NCBI GenBank assembly: GCA_963794325.1
Contig: CAWCDG010000004.1
Coordinates: 398,413 to 422,412, forward strand
Reading direction: 5' to 3'
Length of the DNA stretch: 24,000 nt
Source: an uncultured delta proteobacterium
GTDB lineage: Bacteria; Desulfobacterota; Binatia; Binatales; Binataceae
Shown: one piece after another, positions 1 through 8,539 of the stretch
Layout: every line of letters begins with the position of its first letter
Position numbering within the stretch: position 1 is the stretch's first letter
Made by a program: the position numbers and the translations under genes
Notes under the pieces: model-generated
Database searches by the model: none
The model's input: the letters and a program-made list of their open reading frames with translations, nothing else
Told to the model about the DNA's origin: nothing

Positions 1-1
1 G

Positions 2-1261
2 CAATGGGACGACGTCGCAGGCTTCGCAGCGCATCTGAAGCGCCAGGGACTCGCGCTCAACGTCGCGCATCTGGCGGGACACGGCAGTATTCGCCTCAGC
101 GTGATGGGCGCGGACGCGGGCGAGCCGTCTGTCGAGCAGTTGCGCGCGATGCAAGCGATGGTCGAGCGCGCGATGGCCGACGGCGCGGTCGGGCTTTCGT
201 GCGGGCTCGGATATTTTCCCGGGATGATCGCGAAGCCGGCAGAGCTGGCGGCGCTGGCGCGAGTGGCTACGGCGGCAAACGGCGTACTGACTTCGCATCT
301 GCGCGCATACTCGGAGCGCTCACTATTCTTTGATAGCCGGACTCCGCACAACATCCTGGCGGTGCGCGAGATGGCGACCGTCGCGCGCGAGGCCGGCGTC
401 CCGCTGCAAGTCTCGCATCTGATTTTCGTCGGCCGCCGCACGTGGAAGACGGTTGACGACACGATCGCCGAAGTCGAGCGTCACAAGAGCGACGGCGTCG
501 ATATCGCGTTCGACACTTTCCCCTATACCTGTGGCAACACGACGATTCGCGTGATTTTTCCAGCGTGGGCGCAGACCGGCCTCGAAGGTTTGCTCGATTC
601 GTCAGACGGATGGGCGAAGTTGCGCGACGGATTCCAGCCGCTCAAATCGTTTATCGCCGACTCGGTGCAGCTCATGTGGGCAGTCAAACCCGAACTCAGT
701 CATCTCGAGGGCAAGTTCTTCGGCGAGATCGCGGACGAGCTCAAACTCGATCCGGTCGATGCGTACCTGACGATCACACGCGAGAGTGGAACCCGCGCGC
801 GCGTGCTGAACCATCTGTATAGCGGCGACGACTTCGGCGACGAGCACGCGCTGCAGGAAGCGATGAAGCATCCGCTGAACCTGTTCGAGATGGACACGAT
901 TCTCACTTCGCACGGCCATCACAATCCCGCGAGCTTCGGCACTTACCCGCGAATCCTCGGGCATTACGTGCGCGAGATGAAACTGCTGACGCTCGAAGAC
1001 GCGGTGCATAAAGCGACAGGGATGGCGGCGAAGCGGATGCGCCTCGGCGCGCACGGCCTCGTGCGCCCGGGCTACGCGGCCGACCTCGTGATCTTCAATC
1101 CCGAAACAATCGGATGCGCCGCCGATTCGAGAACCCCGACGTTAGCGCCGATTGGAATCGAGCACGTGATGGTGAATGGAACCGCTGTGGTAGCAGGCGG
1201 TAAGTGGTGCGGTGACGGGGTGATGGCGGGGGAGTGGATTGGGAGGGAACCTAACCCCTAA
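2..1261 (+). CDS. N-acyl-D-amino-acid deacylase (D-aminoacylase) family amidohydrolase, 5-prime end outside the window
   Basis: Track ORF 101..1261. The same frame is open back to nt 2 and reads as protein (QWDDVAGFAAHLKRQGLALNVAHLAGHGSIRLSVMG), so the listed Met is internal. GLSCGLGYFPG, QVSHL, FDTFPY and the C-terminal GYAADLVIFNP...IEHVMVNGT match my recollection of D-aminoacylase-type amidohydrolases. Confidence 0.75.
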   Translation, partial: QWDDVAGFAAHLKRQGLALNVAHLAGHGSIRLSVMGADAGEPSVEQLRAMQAMVERAMADGAVGLSCGLGYFPGMIAKPAELAALARVATAANGVLTSHLRAYSERSLFFDSRTPHNILAVREMATVAREAGVPLQVSHLIFVGRRTWKTVDDTIAEVERHKSDGVDIAFDTFPYTCGNTTIRVIFPAWAQTGLEGLLDSSDGWAKLRDGFQPLKSFIADSVQLMWAVKPELSHLEGKFFGEIADELKLDPVDAYLTITRESGTRARVLNHLYSGDDFGDEHALQEAMKHPLNLFEMDTILTSHGHHNPASFGTYPRILGHYVREMKLLTLEDAVHKATGMAAKRMRLGAHGLVRPGYAADLVIFNPETIGCAADSRTPTLAPIGIEHVMVNGTAVVAGGKWCGDGVMAGEWIGREPNP

Positions 1262-1323
1262 CCCCTTCCCGAGCGGGAAGGGGAACCGGAAATGTGGTGG
1301 CCCTTCCCGCGCGGGAAAGGGGG
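1262..1323. repeat. Two tandem GC hairpins with CT-rich left arms (REP-like); probable bidirectional terminator between convergent genes
   Basis: ccccttcccg-ag-cgggaagggg at 1262-1283 and cccttcccg-cg-cgggaaaggg at 1301-1321. They lie directly after the TAA at 1259-1261 and before the stop of the minus-strand gene at 1347. Confidence 0.6.
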
Positions 1324-1346
1324 ACCGGTCTTAGTAGAGAGTGCGT

Positions 1347-2141
1347 CTAGCGCTCCTGGTCCTCCATCTTTTTGTCCATCTCGCGCAGCTTGGCGAGTTT
1401 CTGATCGGTCGGCTCGATCGCTTTGGTTGAAGCTTCGGCGACCGTCTTGGTGCGCTCAGTTGGCAGCTCGCCGCTGACCTTCTCCAGCGCTTCCTTCGCC
1501 AGCCGCCGGACCATCGGGCTCTGATCCTGCGCAACCACCGCGTTCAGCAGCGGAGTCGCCTTGTCGCTGCCGATTTCGCCGAGCGCAAAGACCGCAGTGC
1601 CGCGCCCGCGCTCATCCTGATCTTCCCCAAGATACTGCATCACAGGCAGCGTGCCCTGCGCATCGCCAATCCGGCCCAGACCCGCCACCAGATGCAGTTT
1701 GACGATGGGTTCGGTGGAACGCAGGAACAGCATCGTCGACATCGGCGTCACTGCGTCATTGGCTCCGCGCGCGCCCAGAATGTCGATGGCCTTTATCTTA
1801 ACGCGCACGTCGGGATCGGACATCGAGGTGATGAGTATCTGGTTAACTTCGGGGTCCTGGAGAAAGCGGAGTTTCTCGAGTTCGGATACCCGAACGGCAG
1901 GGTCGGCGTCCTTGAGCCCGAGCTTCACGTCTTTGATGATTTTGAACGGCGTTTCCGTGGACGCGCGGCTCGCCAGGTCATCGATACCGGCCTTCGTGTC
2001 GCTCTGATGCGACAGCGGATTGGAGCTGAGCGCGCTGCCGATTCCCTGGCCGCCATATTGCGCCTGCGCCAACGCGAGGTGCGGAACGGCCAGCGCAGCG
2101 CCGAGCGCGAAGGTTGCAAACAATTTTCGGGTGATACTCAT
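1347..2141 (-). CDS. Secreted HEAT / PBS-lyase-like repeat protein
   Basis: Track ORF 1347..2150 starts at a GTG that lies inside the Shine-Dalgarno sequence. The ATG at 2141 is preceded by GGAGG with an 8-nt spacer, so I prefer MSITRKLFATFALGAALAVPHLALAQA (a signal peptide). It has repeated ~30-aa units with DPxVR-type motifs (DADPAVRVSELEKL, DPDVRVKIKAIDILG, SPMVRRLAKEAL). Confidence 0.7.
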   Translation of the reverse strand: MSITRKLFATFALGAALAVPHLALAQAQYGGQGIGSALSSNPLSHQSDTKAGIDDLASRASTETPFKIIKDVKLGLKDADPAVRVSELEKLRFLQDPEVNQILITSMSDPDVRVKIKAIDILGARGANDAVTPMSTMLFLRSTEPIVKLHLVAGLGRIGDAQGTLPVMQYLGEDQDERGRGTAVFALGEIGSDKATPLLNAVVAQDQSPMVRRLAKEALEKVSGELPTERTKTVAEASTKAIEPTDQKLAKLREMDKKMEDQER

Positions 2142-2180
2142 TTCCCCCACCTCCGGAATCGGCCAAAATTATTGGTGATC

Positions 2181-3161
2181 ATGCACGACATTGCAAGGAA
2201 GCGCGGTCCACGGGCGAGGAAGGGGCACGTGCGCTGGGATGTGCTCGCGAGCGCCGCAATCGCGGCGTTCATACTCGTTATGAGCGCGGTAGCGTCACCA
2301 ATGCTCGCATCGGGCGCCCCGGATTCGAGCGCGTCGCCCGAGCCCGCGCCGGCCCACAAGCACAAGCATCGACATTTGCCGACGCCCGCGCCGACTCCGA
2401 TGGCGCTGCCGCCCGAGATCAAAGCGAAGGTGCCGGCGTACACGCCGGGTCGGATTCCGTTTCATGACGGCGAGCAGTTGGTCTATCAGGCGTCGTGGGT
2501 CGGTATTCCGGCCGCGCAGGCGCGTCTCGAATTTCATCAGGAGCAAAAGAACGATCGGCCGAGGTGGCTGGGCGAAATCTGGATCGAGACCAATCCATTT
2601 GCCGATCTATTTTACAAGATGCGCGACTACATGAAAGAAAGCATGGCCGCCGACACGCTCCACACCAGCGGCGTTTACCTGGTCCAGCACGAAAAATCGC
2701 GGCTCAACTATTATGACGTGGCGATCGATCGGCCCGCGCAGAGAGTCACGATGACCAAAAAAAACCACAAGGGCACGCAGAGCAAGGAATACATCGCGTC
2801 GGACCCGTGGGGCCCAATCTCGGGCGCAATGATGGCGCTGACGCAGAATTTCGCGCCGGGCAAAACTTATGCGTTCGACGTGTTCAGCGGGAGCCAGCGT
2901 TACGTCTTCGCGTTCGTGGTCGATAAGCGCGAGAAGATTCATCTCGATATGGGCGACTTCGACGCGTGGAAAGTCGTGCCCGACGTCTGGTACGTCAGCG
3001 ACGGGGAGCTGCGCAGCGAGGCGCGGAATACCGTGCTGTGGATCTCCGCCGACCAGCGCCATCTGCCGCTAAGAATTCAGGCGCAGGCATACATTGGCTA
3101 TGTGCGCGCGGACCTGATCCAGGTCGATGGCAAGGGCGTCGTCGAGAGTGCGCAGAAATGA
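2181..3161 (+). CDS. DUF3108-like protein with N-terminal hydrophobic segment and Pro/His-rich linker
   Basis: This is the 3-prime part of track ORF 1692..3161; the first 163 codons are antisense to the HEAT gene and were discarded. FHDGEQLVYQASWVGIPAAQARLEF...DLFYKMRDYM matches the DUF3108 pattern as I remember it. The start is uncertain. ATG 2181 has no SD, whereas GTG 2229 has GAGGA 8 nt upstream and would give MRWDVLASAAIAAFILVMSAVASPMLA. Confidence 0.65.
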   Translation: MHDIARKRGPRARKGHVRWDVLASAAIAAFILVMSAVASPMLASGAPDSSASPEPAPAHKHKHRHLPTPAPTPMALPPEIKAKVPAYTPGRIPFHDGEQLVYQASWVGIPAAQARLEFHQEQKNDRPRWLGEIWIETNPFADLFYKMRDYMKESMAADTLHTSGVYLVQHEKSRLNYYDVAIDRPAQRVTMTKKNHKGTQSKEYIASDPWGPISGAMMALTQNFAPGKTYAFDVFSGSQRYVFAFVVDKREKIHLDMGDFDAWKVVPDVWYVSDGELRSEARNTVLWISADQRHLPLRIQAQAYIGYVRADLIQVDGKGVVESAQK

Positions 3162-3210
3162 TGTCCGGCGCGCTCGACTGAGCTACTATACAAAACAAGG
3201 GGATCAGACG

Positions 3211-3852
3211 ATGCCGAAAAAGCTCGAATTCTTTTACGACTGCTCCAGCCCGTGGACCTACCTCGCCTTTACGAAGATCGAGGACCTCGCGCACCGCCAC
3301 GATGCGGACCTGATCTGGCGGCCCATCCTGGTCGGCGGACTGTTCAACACGGTCAATCCTTCGGTGTACGAGAGCCGCGCGAAACCGGTTCCGGTCAAGG
3401 CGAAATATTACGTCAAGGATCTGCGCGACTGGGCGAAATTTTACGGCATCAAGATAGGCAACCCTACCGTGTTCCCGGTCAATTCGGTCAAGGCGATGCG
3501 TGGGGCGCTGGTCGCCGTCGAGCATCGCGTGATCTCGCGCTACTCGAAGCGGGTGTTCGAGAGCTACTGGACCGACGACAATGACATCAGCCAGGACGAT
3601 GTCTTGCGCGAAATCGTGAAGGAGGTTGGCCTCGACGAGAAAGAATTTTTCACGAAGATCGCGTCGGATGAGTACAAGGCCAGGCTGCGCGCGAACGTCG
3701 AGGAGCTGATCGCGCGCGGCGGTTTCGGATCGCCGACGATGTTCGTCGAGGGCTCGATGTTTTTCGGCAACGACCGGCTGCCACTGGTCGAGCACGAACT
3801 GGCGACCGGAGTCGGCGGCGCCCTCGACCAGGGATCAGGCGGCTCAACCTAG
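3211..3852 (+). CDS. 2-hydroxychromene-2-carboxylate isomerase / DsbA-like thioredoxin-fold protein
   Basis: In-frame ATG at 3211 within track ORF 3127..3852, preceded by AAGGGGA. LEFFYDCSSPWTYLAF...GSPTMFVEGSMFFGNDRL is typical of the HCCA-isomerase branch of the DsbA family. Confidence 0.7.
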   Translation: MPKKLEFFYDCSSPWTYLAFTKIEDLAHRHDADLIWRPILVGGLFNTVNPSVYESRAKPVPVKAKYYVKDLRDWAKFYGIKIGNPTVFPVNSVKAMRGALVAVEHRVISRYSKRVFESYWTDDNDISQDDVLREIVKEVGLDEKEFFTKIASDEYKARLRANVEELIARGGFGSPTMFVEGSMFFGNDRLPLVEHELATGVGGALDQGSGGST

Positions 3853-3869
3853 TTTCCAATCGGGATACG

Positions 3870-4511
3870 ATGACGCATTGGACGGAAGGTCAGGCACGAA
3901 CCGACCATCGCGACGACCTCGGGAATCGCGCAGCCAAAGGAGTGCGCGCATTCGTCGCAGTGCGGATGAATGATCAGGTGGAAGACTCGATCGCGAGGAC
4001 GGTCGACGAGCTGAAGCATCCGGATGACGGCGTCCGATGGGTACCACGCGCGAATCTGCATATCACGCTCAAGTTCCTCGGACCGGCAGTGGACTCGCAT
4101 CGATTGCAGCAGCTGACGGCCGGGCTGCGTCAGCTCGCGACGAAAACGGCGCCATTCGAGGTCGCCGCGACGGGCGTCGGTGGGTTCCCGAACCTCGAGC
4201 ATCCGCGCGTGATTTGGGTGGGTCTGCACAGCGTTGAATCGGGAGCGCTCGCCGCACTTGCTTCGCGGCTGGAGACGGTTGCGGCCGAATACGGATTCGA
4301 GCGCGAGAAGCGCCGATGGAGCGGGCATCTGACTATTGGCCGGGTCCGCGGCGACTCGATCGAGGACAAAACGCGCGAGGCGTTGGAGGCGGTGCGGCAG
4401 CGCACGTTCGGCGTCTCGAAGATCGAGTCGATGACTCTCTACCGCAGCAATCTCGGCCCCAACGGCGCCCACTACGAAGCGCTCGCTACCTTTCTCTTTC
4501 AGTCGCGTTAA
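3870..4511 (+). CDS. thpR: RNA 2',3'-cyclic phosphodiesterase (2H phosphoesterase, LigT/ThpR)
   Basis: It has the two H-x-T-x motifs of the 2H superfamily (HITLKFLG and HLTIGRV) at the expected spacing. The core begins near RAFVAV, so the 24-codon N-terminal extension from ATG 3870 is uncertain. Confidence 0.8.
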   Translation: MTHWTEGQARTDHRDDLGNRAAKGVRAFVAVRMNDQVEDSIARTVDELKHPDDGVRWVPRANLHITLKFLGPAVDSHRLQQLTAGLRQLATKTAPFEVAATGVGGFPNLEHPRVIWVGLHSVESGALAALASRLETVAAEYGFEREKRRWSGHLTIGRVRGDSIEDKTREALEAVRQRTFGVSKIESMTLYRSNLGPNGAHYEALATFLFQSR

Positions 4512-4671
4512 CATCGAGCTAGCGGCATGTTGTCTTTTTGTTCTTTTCGTAACACCAGCGTCGCTTGTCAACACCCCTGTGGACACCGACGGCAACGTGG
4601 CTAGAGCTATCGACCTGAGTTTGTGGCAAGATTCGCAACGCGACAAACATGTTCCGCATGGGTAAAAAGCG

Positions 4672-5742
4672 ATGGCGATAGAGATCAAAAGTAAGGCGCT
4701 CGACCTGGCGCTCAGCCAAATCGAGAAACAGTTCGGCAAGGGCTCGATCATGAAGCTCGGCGAGCAGGCGATTTCCGCCGACATCGCGGTCGTGCCGACC
4801 GGATCGCTCGGACTCGACGTCGCACTCGGCGTGGGTGGATTGCCGCGCGGCCGGGTGGTCGAAATTTACGGTCCGGAATCGTCGGGAAAGACGACGCTCG
4901 CGCTCGAATGTATCGCCGAGGCCCAGAAGATGGGCGGGACGTGCGCGTTTATCGACGCCGAACACGCGCTCGACGCGGCCTACGCGCGCAAGCTCGGGGT
5001 CAAGGTCGAGGACTTGCTCATCTCGCAGCCGGACAACGGCGAGCAGGCGCTGGAAATCACCGAGACGCTGGTGCAATCGGGCGCGATCGACGTGCTGGTG
5101 ATCGATTCGGTCGCGGCGCTGGTGCCGCGCGCGGAAATCGAAGGCGAGATGGGCGAGCCGCAGATGGGCCTGCAAGCGCGCCTGATGTCGCAGGCACTGC
5201 GCAAGCTGACCTCGATCATATCGCGATCGCGCACCATCGTTATTTTCATCAACCAGATCCGGATGAAGATTGGCGTGATGTTCGGGAATCCGGAAACGAC
5301 CACCGGCGGCAACGCGCTCAAGTTTTATTCGTCGGTGCGTATCGACATCCGGCGCATCGGCACGATCAAGAACGCGACCGAAGTGATCGGCTCGCGCACC
5401 AAGGTCAAAGTGGTGAAGAACAAGGTCGCGCCGCCGTTCCGCGAGGCCGAGTTCGACATCCTGTACGGCACCGGCATTTCGAAGGAAGGCGAACTGGTCG
5501 ATATGGCGAGCGAGCACAATATTATCGAGAAGCTCGGCGCGTGGTACTCCTACAACGGCGAGCGAATCGGCCAGGGCCGCGAGAACGCGCGCGACCTCCT
5601 GAAGGCCAATCCGAAGCTGGCCGAAGAGATCGAGGTTAAGGTCCGCGAAAAGCTCGCCGCCAAACCCGTTGCGCTGCCACCGGAGGCGGCCGTCGAGGAG
5701 CCGGAGCAGGCACCCGCGCAGGCCCCAAAGAAAAAGGGGTAA
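4672..5742 (+). CDS. recA: Recombinase RecA
   Basis: Unmistakable RecA: [22 protein letters not shown], Walker [69 protein letters not shown]. Confidence 0.98.
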   Translation: MAIEIKSKALDLALSQIEKQFGKGSIMKLGEQAISADIAVVPTGSLGLDVALGVGGLPRGRVVEIYGPESSGKTTLALECIAEAQKMGGTCAFIDAEHALDAAYARKLGVKVEDLLISQPDNGEQALEITETLVQSGAIDVLVIDSVAALVPRAEIEGEMGEPQMGLQARLMSQALRKLTSIISRSRTIVIFINQIRMKIGVMFGNPETTTGGNALKFYSSVRIDIRRIGTIKNATEVIGSRTKVKVVKNKVAPPFREAEFDILYGTGISKEGELVDMASEHNIIEKLGAWYSYNGERIGQGRENARDLLKANPKLAEEIEVKVREKLAAKPVALPPEAAVEEPEQAPAQAPKKKG

Positions 5743-5974
5743 ACTAATCGCATGTGAAACCCTCCGCGGGTTTCACGCTTCCGCGGCAGGGGTGACCCCT
5801 GCACCCAGTATTAATCGCAAAATGGCGAGGACGCCATTTTGCTCTCAGGTTCTTTTGGAGCCTCAACCCCTTCTAACGGGGACGAAGTCCCGCATCTTTC
5901 TGGATACTAAGGTGCAGGGGTTACCCCTGCTGAAGGAAGCATGAATCCCACCGCGGGTTTCATTACGATTAGTC
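5743..5974. mobile_element. 232-bp MITE/REPIN-like non-coding element with ~65-nt imperfect terminal inverted repeats
   Basis: The ends are complementary: actaatcg (5743-5750) and cgattagt (5967-5974). The left arm is gtgaaaccc-tccgc-gggtttcac followed by gcagggg-tga-cccctgc. The right arm (5911-5966) is its imperfect reverse complement. The interior has a perfect 11-bp hairpin gcaaaatggcg-agga-cgccattttgc (5817-5842). There is no ORF. The left arm recurs at 14718-14781. Confidence 0.6.
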
Positions 5975-5978
5975 ATCC

Positions 5979-6959
5979 TTACATCGCGATATGAAAATGC
6001 GCCAATATCGCGGGGCCGTTGTGCGACAGGATTCGCGATAGCGCGAATAGCAGGCCGAAGAACGCGCCGAACAGGCCGCCGTTGACGCGAATCCAGTCCA
6101 GATGCGTGCGGGTTTTCGATTCGATCTGAATTCTGATCTGGTCGTCCGACAGTCGCGCGAGATTCTCGCGCACCATCAACGTGATTTGGCCGCGGCTCGA
6201 TTCGACCGTTCTGCGCACCATGTTGTCGATCAGCTTTTGCGCAAATTGATTCGCGTAGCTGTCGGGATCGTGAAGCTGAGCGCCGAACTCATGGATCGCG
6301 CTTTCGATCGTGGCGCGCAACTCGGGATCGTTCTGTAGCTCGGGCAGCCGCTTGCGCAAATTCGCCGCGATCCGCGCGCCGATCGATTCCGCGCCGAACC
6401 GGCTCATCACCGCGTAGATTCGCGTGACCGTCTTGGGCAGCATCCGCTTGAGAACTTTCTCGAGGCGCTCGCGCTTCTCGGGTGAATCAAGATAGTCAAT
6501 CGCGTTGGTGATTAACCGCTCGAGCCCGGCCTGCCCCAGCAGGTCGTTCAGATTCATTTCCTGCAGATAGCTGCCGAGACGGCCGACCAGGTTCATCTTG
6601 TGGAGCCGGTCGCCAATCATCTGCGGCGTCAGCCATTCGTTCTCGATTGTCGCGGCGATTCCGTCAATCAGCTTGACCCGATTGCGCGGCAGCACGCCGG
6701 AGTTGGGCAGGTACCATCGCCGCTCGAAGATCATCTTGAGCGCGATATAGTCGCAGAGCCCGCCGATGAGCGCCGCCTCCGCCATCGAGACCGCAATCTC
6801 CGACGACGTCTTGAAATGCGTGAACATCAGAAAGGCGAGGCTGACGAGGTAGATGAAAAACGAAAACGCCAGCGTCAGGTCGCCCTTATGCATGAGGAAA
6901 AAGTTGGAGAGGGAGAACGGCTCGCGGGCGCGGGTAGATGCATTGATACTGATGTCCAT
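5979..6959 (-). CDS. DUF445-family membrane protein
   Basis: Track ORF 5979..6995 begins at a TTG, so I prefer the ATG at 6959 (MDISINAS...). GGLCDYIALKMIFERRWYLPNSGVLPRNRVKLIDGIAATIENEWL and the C-terminal DWIRVNGGLFGAFFGLLF fit the DUF445 pattern. It has hydrophobic helices at both ends. Confidence 0.7.
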   Translation of the reverse strand: MDISINASTRAREPFSLSNFFLMHKGDLTLAFSFFIYLVSLAFLMFTHFKTSSEIAVSMAEAALIGGLCDYIALKMIFERRWYLPNSGVLPRNRVKLIDGIAATIENEWLTPQMIGDRLHKMNLVGRLGSYLQEMNLNDLLGQAGLERLITNAIDYLDSPEKRERLEKVLKRMLPKTVTRIYAVMSRFGAESIGARIAANLRKRLPELQNDPELRATIESAIHEFGAQLHDPDSYANQFAQKLIDNMVRRTVESSRGQITLMVRENLARLSDDQIRIQIESKTRTHLDWIRVNGGLFGAFFGLLFALSRILSHNGPAILAHFHIAM

Positions 6960-7048
6960 GGGATCCAGTGTGTCCGACCCATCGCGATGGGCCAACCGCT
7001 AGCCGCAGTAAGAACGCTGCTTCCAACGTCGTCCGCGACGCCCCTGAA

Positions 7049-7082
7049 TAACCTCTCCTTGTCCGATCGGAAGGGGAGGTTA
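7049..7082. repeat. CT-rich/AG-rich 12-bp-stem hairpin directly downstream of the MFS gene (REP-like, possible terminator)
   Basis: taacctctcctt-gtccgatcgg-aaggggaggtta with one mismatch. It lies 9 nt from the MFS stop (7091-7093, minus strand). No U-tract follows on the minus strand. Confidence 0.45.
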
Positions 7083-7090
7083 AGATCGTA

Positions 7091-8473
7091 CTACGCGATG
7101 GCTTTTGCTTTCTCTTGTTCGGCGGCGGCGCTTCGCGCTGCGAGGCGGTCGCGCATGGCGCGGTGGCTTTCGCGGGTGATTGGGTAGCGCGAGAAGACTA
7201 GAGCGCTCATCAGATAAATCGAGGCGGGGGCGATTGCGAATAGAGCGCGCAGATGTTCGCCGGCTTCCGGCGTGATTCCGCTGCCGCCCGGTTTGTAGCC
7301 AACCCAGCTCAAGACCGGACCGACCATCAGCAGCGTTACCGCGACCGCCATCTTTATCGACATCGAGGTGATTCCGCCGTATGCGCCCTCCTGGCGCTGG
7401 CCGGTGCGCTCCTCGTCCCATTCGATCACGTCAGCGGACGCCGACATTTGCGTGACCCAGATTCCGATCGCCGAGAAGCCGGTGAACGCCATCAAGAGGT
7501 AGAGCGCGACGGTGCTTTGCCGCGTCATCAGCATGAACATCAGCGAGCCGAGCGCGTTGCAGACCATCGCGACCACGAAGGCCGGCTTCTTTTCGAAGCG
7601 CACGGTGATCCTGAACCAGAACGGATACGAAATCACTGAGCCGGCGAAGTACGCGATCAGCCATCGCGCCGCCGCGTTCTCATCGTGATACCAGTACTTC
7701 GCGAGGAAGCGGATCAGCACGGTCGGAATATTGATGGCCATGATGGCCAGCGTCGTGGCGATCAGCAAAATGATGAACGGCCGGTTGCCGGCCATCGATT
7801 TGATCGACGCCCACAGCTTCGAGCGCTCGAGCGTCGAGAACTCCGCACGCTCGCGCAATCCGGTGTAGGCAACCATCGCGCCGCCCGCGACTACGATCGC
7901 GCAGATCGCGCCGGTCACTTTGAAATCGGTGCCGCGTGCGAACAGGTAGGTCGCCGCGAACGGCAGCAGCGCGCCGCTGATATCACCGACGGTGCCCAGC
8001 AGCATCCGGAAGGTCGAGAGCTTGGTGCGTTCGTCGTAGTCGAGCGTGAGTTCCGGCATCAGCGCGCTGTATGCGGTCTCGTAAATCTTCCGCGACGTGA
8101 GCATCAGGAAGTAGAAGCCGAAGAACCAGACGAACAGTCCCGCCTTGAGCTGCGGCGGGGATAGCAGCAGGTAATAGCAGATCGCCATCGGAATCGCGGC
8201 GAAGAAAAACGGCCGGCGACGGCCCGACTTGAAACGCGCGCGATCGGAAATGTTGCCGACCAGCGGATCGGTCACCGCGTCAAGCACCAGCGCGAGAAAG
8301 AAAGCAAGTCCGGCCAGCGATGGCTGGAGGCCCATCCGATCGGTATAAAAATAGAGAAGATGAAGCCCGATCAAAGTCACGCACAGGTTGAGGCCGGTCT
8401 GCGCCTGCGCGTAGATTAGCAGGGGACGAAGGCCAATCTTTTCGCTCGAATCGCGGGTTGCCACAGCTCGCAA
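7091..8473 (-). CDS. MFS transporter, glycoside-pentoside-hexuronide (GPH, MelB-like) type
   Basis: 460-aa polytopic ORF. LYFYTDRMGL...LDAVTDPLVGNISDRARFKSGRRRPFFF is the GPH signature region. The track start at 8473 is a TTG; GTG 8464 is an alternative and neither has a clear SD. Confidence 0.8.
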   Translation of the reverse strand: MRAVATRDSSEKIGLRPLLIYAQAQTGLNLCVTLIGLHLLYFYTDRMGLQPSLAGLAFFLALVLDAVTDPLVGNISDRARFKSGRRRPFFFAAIPMAICYYLLLSPPQLKAGLFVWFFGFYFLMLTSRKIYETAYSALMPELTLDYDERTKLSTFRMLLGTVGDISGALLPFAATYLFARGTDFKVTGAICAIVVAGGAMVAYTGLRERAEFSTLERSKLWASIKSMAGNRPFIILLIATTLAIMAINIPTVLIRFLAKYWYHDENAAARWLIAYFAGSVISYPFWFRITVRFEKKPAFVVAMVCNALGSLMFMLMTRQSTVALYLLMAFTGFSAIGIWVTQMSASADVIEWDEERTGQRQEGAYGGITSMSIKMAVAVTLLMVGPVLSWVGYKPGGSGITPEAGEHLRALFAIAPASIYLMSALVFSRYPITRESHRAMRDRLAARSAAAEQEKAKAIA

Positions 8474-8539
8474 ACACTACTCGATGGACGTGCTGATATA
8501 CAAAGCGATTGCGATACCGGGTCCGACTCAGCTATCGGG

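Noticed and set aside
1251-1266. Telomere-like cctaacccctaacccc tandem at the end of the D-aminoacylase gene.
   Set aside because: There are only two units. They span the last codons, the stop and the first arm of the adjacent hairpin, so this is most simply coincidence.
1692-2180. N-terminal 163 codons of track ORF 1692..3161.
   Set aside because: This part is entirely antisense to the HEAT-repeat gene and reads as Arg/Gly-rich junk. The recognisable protein begins at the hydrophobic segment after 2181 or 2229.
4640-4668. GCGACA-N17-TAAAAA as a recA promoter, and AACATGTT as an SOS box.
   Set aside because: The implied transcription start would fall on or after the recA ATG (4672). The palindrome fits none of the LexA consensus sequences I know: CTGT-N8-ACAG, GAAC-N4-GTTC, GTTC-N7-GTTC or TGTTC-N4-GAACA.
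4519-5517. 332-aa ORF antisense to recA. Similar long antisense ORFs lie at 10080..11096 (opposite the diiron gene), 20770..21453 (opposite dnaK), 21437..22624 (opposite dnaJ) and 2995..3795 / 3849..4784 (opposite the HCCA-isomerase-like gene and thpR).
   Set aside because: They are Arg/Ala/Leu/Asp-rich and low in complexity. They are what stop-poor antisense frames of GC-rich genes produce. The sense strands encode unmistakable conserved proteins.
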